Of a DNA stretch of 64,000 bases, positions 60,088 through 64,000 are shown piece after piece. The stretch lies in assembly GCA_016202645.1 (NCBI GenBank), contig JACQOF010000127.1, positions 71,714-135,713 of the forward strand, written 5' to 3'. A program made the translations under genes and the position numbers. Source of the stretch: a bacterium (GTDB lineage Bacteria; Lindowbacteria; 2-12-FULL-62-27). Every line of letters begins with the position of its first letter. The first letter of the stretch is position 1. The notes under the pieces were generated by a model, which searched no databases, was not told the DNA's origin, and saw only the letters and a list, made by a program, of their open reading frames with translations.

Positions 60088-60913
60088 GTGTGCGGGGCGT
60101 GAAGAGATCAGCGGCGAGCGGCGTGACAAGATCCCGGCGCGCCACCGTGAGATCGGTGCGGTGCCGCCGCTGAAAATTCCGAACATGGATGCGGTTGGCC
60201 CGCCAGTTTGATCCATGGCGTTCAACCTCCGCCGCCTTCAGAATTTTGATCAATTTTCCCGACCGGTCAAAATACTCGGTCATCAAGATCACGTCCCTGT
60301 CCGCGTCGACATAGACGCGCCGCAGGCCGTATCCCGACCGGCGCCGGGCCGATTCGTCCCGGGCGACCGCATCGATGACCCGGGCCGGCCGCTCGTCGAT
60401 TTCCGTGTCCGGCGCCGCGAACCGATAGACGTAGAGGTCAATGTCCTCGACGGAAAAATCCTCAAAGGTCAAATCCGTCCCGAGGAAATAGTCCGTCCGG
60501 CCGGAATCGGCGATCCGCCGGATTTTGCCGACCGCCGGCAGGTACAGCCACTGGTCATCCCAGCCGTCCGGGCGCTGTTTCGAAAGCAGGGCCGAGCCGC
60601 GAATATCCGGCGGGGCGTCAAAGAACACGAGGGTGGATTCGAGGCCATCCGGCTCGCGCCGCCGGAATTCCCGGACTTGCCGGCGCCGTTCAAACCCGGT
60701 ACGGTCCGTGAGGGTCATGTCGATCTCAATGATTTCGGACGGCGCGCGTTGGTTCAATTCGACCCGCCGCATCACGTCGCGGGCGGAAAGGGTGTCGGAA
60801 GCCAACCCCGGCAAGACCGAGAGAGGCCCCCCCCTCCCGGCCTCCCCCTCAAGGGGGGAGGATGGATTCAGCAATCCGGCGGCGACGACGAGGCTAAAGA
60901 CCCAGGGCCGCAT
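60023..60913 (-). CDS. LolA-like outer-membrane lipoprotein-sorting domain protein
   Basis: ATG 60913 gives the signal peptide MRPWVFSLVVAAGLL. QWLYLPAVGKIRRI...DYFLGTDLTFEDF is the LolA_like pattern. SSPLEGEAGRGGP after the signal peptide is repeat-encoded. Confidence 0.7.
   Translation of the reverse strand: MRPWVFSLVVAAGLLNPSSPLEGEAGRGGPLSVLPGLASDTLSARDVMRRVELNQRAPSEIIEIDMTLTDRTGFERRRQVREFRRREPDGLESTLVFFDAPPDIRGSALLSKQRPDGWDDQWLYLPAVGKIRRIADSGRTDYFLGTDLTFEDFSVEDIDLYVYRFAAPDTEIDERPARVIDAVARDESARRRSGYGLRRVYVDADRDVILMTEYFDRSGKLIKILKAAEVERHGSNWRANRIHVRNFQRRHRTDLTVARRDLVTPLAADLFTPRTLRRGSIAGTPARPPETTPETR
60823..60862. repeat. G/C-tract palindromic element, half unit, inside a CDS
   Basis: gaggcccccccctcccggcctccccctcaaggggggagga, homologous to 54409-54448. 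Confidence 0.8.
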
Positions 60914-61577
60914 GAAGTTTGCGGGCATCCAGCAGGTGTTCGCCTGAGAATATCCTTGAATTATCGTATCCAAGATCGTCGATGACCATCAGGCCCGGCG
61001 AGTCCGGGCTCCTACCGACCTCGAGTTTCAGGTCGCAGAGTCTGAGATTTTTTTCCGTGTAAAACGCTGTCAGGACGCCCGTCACGCGATCCAGAAAATC
61101 GAGGGCACGAACCAGTTCCTCTTTCTGAATCAAGCCGCGATCCACCGCCTCCTTCTCGGACAGAGGCGGGTCGTCGGACGCGTCGTCCTTCAGGGTGAGT
61201 TCGCGCGTTCCGGGTATTTCCGCGAGGGAGCGAACGCCCGGATGGGTTCGAAGGTAATGCCCGTAAGCGAAGTTCCTTGAAATAAATTCGATCCGGATCG
61301 GTTCTGTCCGGCGGACCATGATCGAGTCCTCGGACAGCCGCTCCACAAAATGCGTCGTCACCCCCGCCTCGGCAAGGCGCTCGAAAATCCGGCAGGCGAT
61401 GGCGCAGGCAAGCGCGCCTTTTCCCGCCTCCTGGCCGACGACCTCGTTTCCGCCGCTGTCCGGCACGCCCGCCCTGCCGAGAACATTATCCTTGAAGCGG
61501 AACCCGATATACCGGGACTGAGGCAGACGAAGGACGTCTTTTGTTTTACCGACATAGAGCACCCGGCCGTCCGACAT
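60894..61577 (-). CDS. purC: phosphoribosylaminoimidazole-succinocarboxamide (SAICAR) synthase
   Basis: LYVGKTKDV...IEFISRNFAYG...LCDLKLEVG...DDLGYDNSRIF, the short PurC type. Confidence 0.85.
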   Translation of the reverse strand: MSDGRVLYVGKTKDVLRLPQSRYIGFRFKDNVLGRAGVPDSGGNEVVGQEAGKGALACAIACRIFERLAEAGVTTHFVERLSEDSIMVRRTEPIRIEFISRNFAYGHYLRTHPGVRSLAEIPGTRELTLKDDASDDPPLSEKEAVDRGLIQKEELVRALDFLDRVTGVLTAFYTEKNLRLCDLKLEVGRSPDSPGLMVIDDLGYDNSRIFSGEHLLDARKLHAALGL

Positions 61578-61588
61578 GCGGTCCTCCG

Positions 61589-62488
61589 TCAGGGCGCGGC
61601 GGGTTTCTTGTTGTTGATCTTGCTCAGGAATCGCTCGGCCTCGGCCCGAAACCGGCCGTTCGGATATCGGATCATGTACTGGCTGATCTCGTCCCCGGCG
61701 GGGCCGTGGCTGTTTTGCGCCATCAGCACCGAAATGCGCCCGAACATGGCCAGTTCGGAAAACTCGCTTGCCGGAAAATCTTGTATGACGCTCTTGTACT
61801 GATCGAGCGCCGCCACAGTGTCGGACAAGGCCAGGGAACAGACCGCCATCCGGTAGAACGCGGCGGGCCGATTTTCGCCGGCCGGAAAGGTCTTGATCAA
61901 TTTTTCGTAGGCATCCCGCGCCTGCTCGTATTTCTTGTCTTCCTGATAGATTTCCCCCATGTCAAAGTGTGCCTTTTCCGACACGCGGTCCTTGCCAAAC
62001 TTCAAAATGATCCCGCGGTACCGTACCAGAGCCTCGATCTTGTTCCCGAGTTCCGAGAGGCTCTCGGCAATCTCGTAGGAGGCATTCTTGACGAACTCGC
62101 TCTTGGGATACCGCTTCACGAGGTCCTCGTAAGCCGCGACGGCCTTGCCGGCGTCCTTGAGATTGTATTTGTAGATGTTCGCGATTTCGTAAAGGCTGTC
62201 CGCCGCGTACTTGGCGTTGGGATTCCGCCGGACGATCTCCCGGAACCACTCGATGGCCCGTTCGTACTTGCCAAGCGATACCTGGTTGGAAGCCACGTTG
62301 AATCTCAGTTCAAGGTCAACTTCCTCCAAGTGGGCCGTCAGGGTTTCCATCTGTTTTTCCAGTTCCCTCAGCCGTTCCGCGCTCGATGCGTCGCCCTTCG
62401 CGCGCCACTTGCGGACCGCCTGGCAACCGGGCAGGAGCATCATCAAAATCAACGCGAGCGCGAGAGCGCGGATGGCGCGGGGTTTCAT
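61589..62488 (-). CDS. TPR-repeat lipoprotein (YbgF/CpoB- or BamD-like)
   Basis: Lipobox LLPGC, an N-terminal coiled coil (LRELEKQMETLTAHLEEVD), then TPRs with a YP.S..A pattern. Confidence 0.65.
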   Translation of the reverse strand: MKPRAIRALALALILMMLLPGCQAVRKWRAKGDASSAERLRELEKQMETLTAHLEEVDLELRFNVASNQVSLGKYERAIEWFREIVRRNPNAKYAADSLYEIANIYKYNLKDAGKAVAAYEDLVKRYPKSEFVKNASYEIAESLSELGNKIEALVRYRGIILKFGKDRVSEKAHFDMGEIYQEDKKYEQARDAYEKLIKTFPAGENRPAAFYRMAVCSLALSDTVAALDQYKSVIQDFPASEFSELAMFGRISVLMAQNSHGPAGDEISQYMIRYPNGRFRAEAERFLSKINNKKPAAP

Positions 62489-64000
62489 GGGGTCACCCCG
62501 GGACCCAAGGTCACGAAATCGATCATCTGCGCGTAGTGGGGTTCGTCCATTCCCGGGACGTTTTTCAGGTCCATGAGAGATTTGAACGGCCCGATGTTCT
62601 GGCGGAACCAGAGAATGTTGTGCGCGAGGCGTTCGTCCATTCCGGGTACGATCAAGAGGGCGTTCAAGTCCGCCACGTTGATGTTGGTGTGGCCGGCCTC
62701 CCGCGACAGGATTGTACCGCCGCCCTCCCGGATCGCCCGGACTTCGGCCCGGAGCAAGTCCCGCTCGATGACCAGCTGACGGATCTGCTGCTGCAGGGTA
62801 AGAACGGCGCGGTCAGCCGCGTCGATCCGCTGATCGGTTGAAGCCGGTTCCGGCGAGAAGGCCGGGATGCCGCGTTCGCGGCGCAAGGCGTCGAGTTCCC
62901 CGCGCATGTCGGCGAGATTTTTCCGAAGTTCCGCGAGGCGGAGGGATTCCGGTTCCTCGCCGCCCCGTGACTCGGCGGCAGTCGGATCCTTCTTCGGAGA
63001 TTTTTGGGCGATCTTATTTGCCCCGGCCGGTTTTTCATCCGCGGCCGCGGGCAGTCTGGGTAGATCCTGATCCAGTTTTTCCATCCGGCTTTCGAGATAC
63101 GCAAGTTTTTTCTTCAGTTCACTATTTTCTTTCTGGATGCGCGACACGTCTTCCTTGACCTCGGCCGTTTGGTTTGCGATCGCCGGCGGCCGCGGCCGGG
63201 CCGGGGCATTTTCCGGTTTCGGATCCGGCTTGGATTCGGGAATCCGCGGCGCCGTGGAACCTTCAAGGGACAATCGCGAAAGAAAGGACCGCGCAATCTG
63301 GTCCGACGGCTCGGATTCGAGGACTTTCGTGAAGGCCTTCTGCGCTTCGGCCTTGTTGCCCGCGACGTAGTGGGTCATGCCGAGGTTGTTCCAAGCCAGC
63401 GCGTTTTTAGGGTCAATCGCGAGGACCTGTTCGAGAGCCGCCAAGGCAGTGGGGATGCGATTGAGTTCGCGAAGGACGACCGCATAGTTGATGAGATATT
63501 CCGGATCGGGCCGGATCCGCACGGCCTCTTCGAGCTGGGCCAGGGCCCTGGGATAGTCCCGGGTCCGGATATAGAGGAGCGCGAGATTATATCGAGCGTC
63601 CGAAAAAGAAGGGTCGAGCTCGACCGCCCGGAGGTATGCGTTTTCCGCGAGATCCATTTTTCCCATGCGGCTTTCGATGAGACCGAGATTATACCGGTGC
63701 TGGGCCACCGAAGGCTGTCGAAGAGAGAGATCCATGAACATCCGTTCCGCCTCGTCGTAGCGGTTCATCGAGACATAGGCCTCCGCCAGGGCCTGTCGGA
63801 CCCGCGCATCCGCGCCGCCGTACCCGACGAGCACCGCGAGGGCGGACTCCGTTTTTCCCTGGGCATACAACACCTCCGACAACTCGAGGACGATGTCAGC
63901 GCTGTTCGGATCGAACCGGATCGCTTCCCGGAGTTCTCCTTCGGCGGCGGGATAGTCGCCCCGCGCCGACGCGGCGGCCGCGCGGGCGCGGTGCTCTTCA
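62485..64000 (-). CDS. TPR / coiled-coil protein with C-terminal ComEA-type helix-hairpin-helix domain; N-terminus beyond the window
   Basis: The frame stays open upstream of TTG 63882 to base 64000 (EEHRARAAAASARGDYPAAEGELREAIRFDPNSADIVLEL). The C-terminus INVADLNALLIVPGMDERLAHNILWFRQNIGPFKSLMDLKNVPGM is an HhH pair. Confidence 0.7.
   Translation of the reverse strand, partial: EEHRARAAAASARGDYPAAEGELREAIRFDPNSADIVLELSEVLYAQGKTESALAVLVGYGGADARVRQALAEAYVSMNRYDEAERMFMDLSLRQPSVAQHRYNLGLIESRMGKMDLAENAYLRAVELDPSFSDARYNLALLYIRTRDYPRALAQLEEAVRIRPDPEYLINYAVVLRELNRIPTALAALEQVLAIDPKNALAWNNLGMTHYVAGNKAEAQKAFTKVLESEPSDQIARSFLSRLSLEGSTAPRIPESKPDPKPENAPARPRPPAIANQTAEVKEDVSRIQKENSELKKKLAYLESRMEKLDQDLPRLPAAADEKPAGANKIAQKSPKKDPTAAESRGGEEPESLRLAELRKNLADMRGELDALRRERGIPAFSPEPASTDQRIDAADRAVLTLQQQIRQLVIERDLLRAEVRAIREGGGTILSREAGHTNINVADLNALLIVPGMDERLAHNILWFRQNIGPFKSLMDLKNVPGMDEPHYAQMIDFVTLGPGVTP

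Overview
This is a GC-rich chromosomal window from a diderm (LPS-making) bacterium. It holds about 60 protein genes and one tRNA-Ser(CGA), with no rRNA and no CRISPR array. All family names come from motifs read in the supplied or my own translations; no database search was run.

Backbone genes:
- A lipid A/LPS block: GT-C glycosyltransferase, DUF374, msbA, lpxB, Gfo/Idh/MocA, second GT-C.
- tRNA-modification genes (mnmA plus cysteine desulfurase, miaB) and birA.
- An ExbB-ExbD-TonB block bracketed by a 1594-aa and a 693-aa TPR protein.
- A hydantoinase-COG0523-elbB-gmhB::DJ-1-ACT run.
- zapB-zapA-rnhB, PIN-PhoH, UvrD/PcrA, bioB, tkt, purH, purC, an M48 peptidase, NamZ and several outer-membrane beta-barrels.

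Stand-out items:
1. An intact reverse transcriptase with a C-terminal HEAT/alpha-repeat domain (UG/Abi class-1-like architecture). It is the last, translationally coupled gene of the zapB-zapA-rnhB operon.
2. Three genes (RT, miaB, birA) whose essential N-terminal motifs lie upstream of any ATG/GTG/TTG. Each has a CTG embedded in a CTGA overlap with the upstream stop codon.
3. A RAYT-type (IS200-like HUH/Y1) transposase gene bounded by perfect 28-bp inverted repeats. Their tips (GTCATTCCC...GGGAATGAC) match the tips of a REP hairpin family found at six other intergenic loci.
4. At least three more palindromic repeat families. Several copies are translated in frame inside proteins or supply start codons.
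5. A HigB/HigA-type toxin-antitoxin cassette bracketed by GATACGG tandem repeats, with a leaderless-type promoter.
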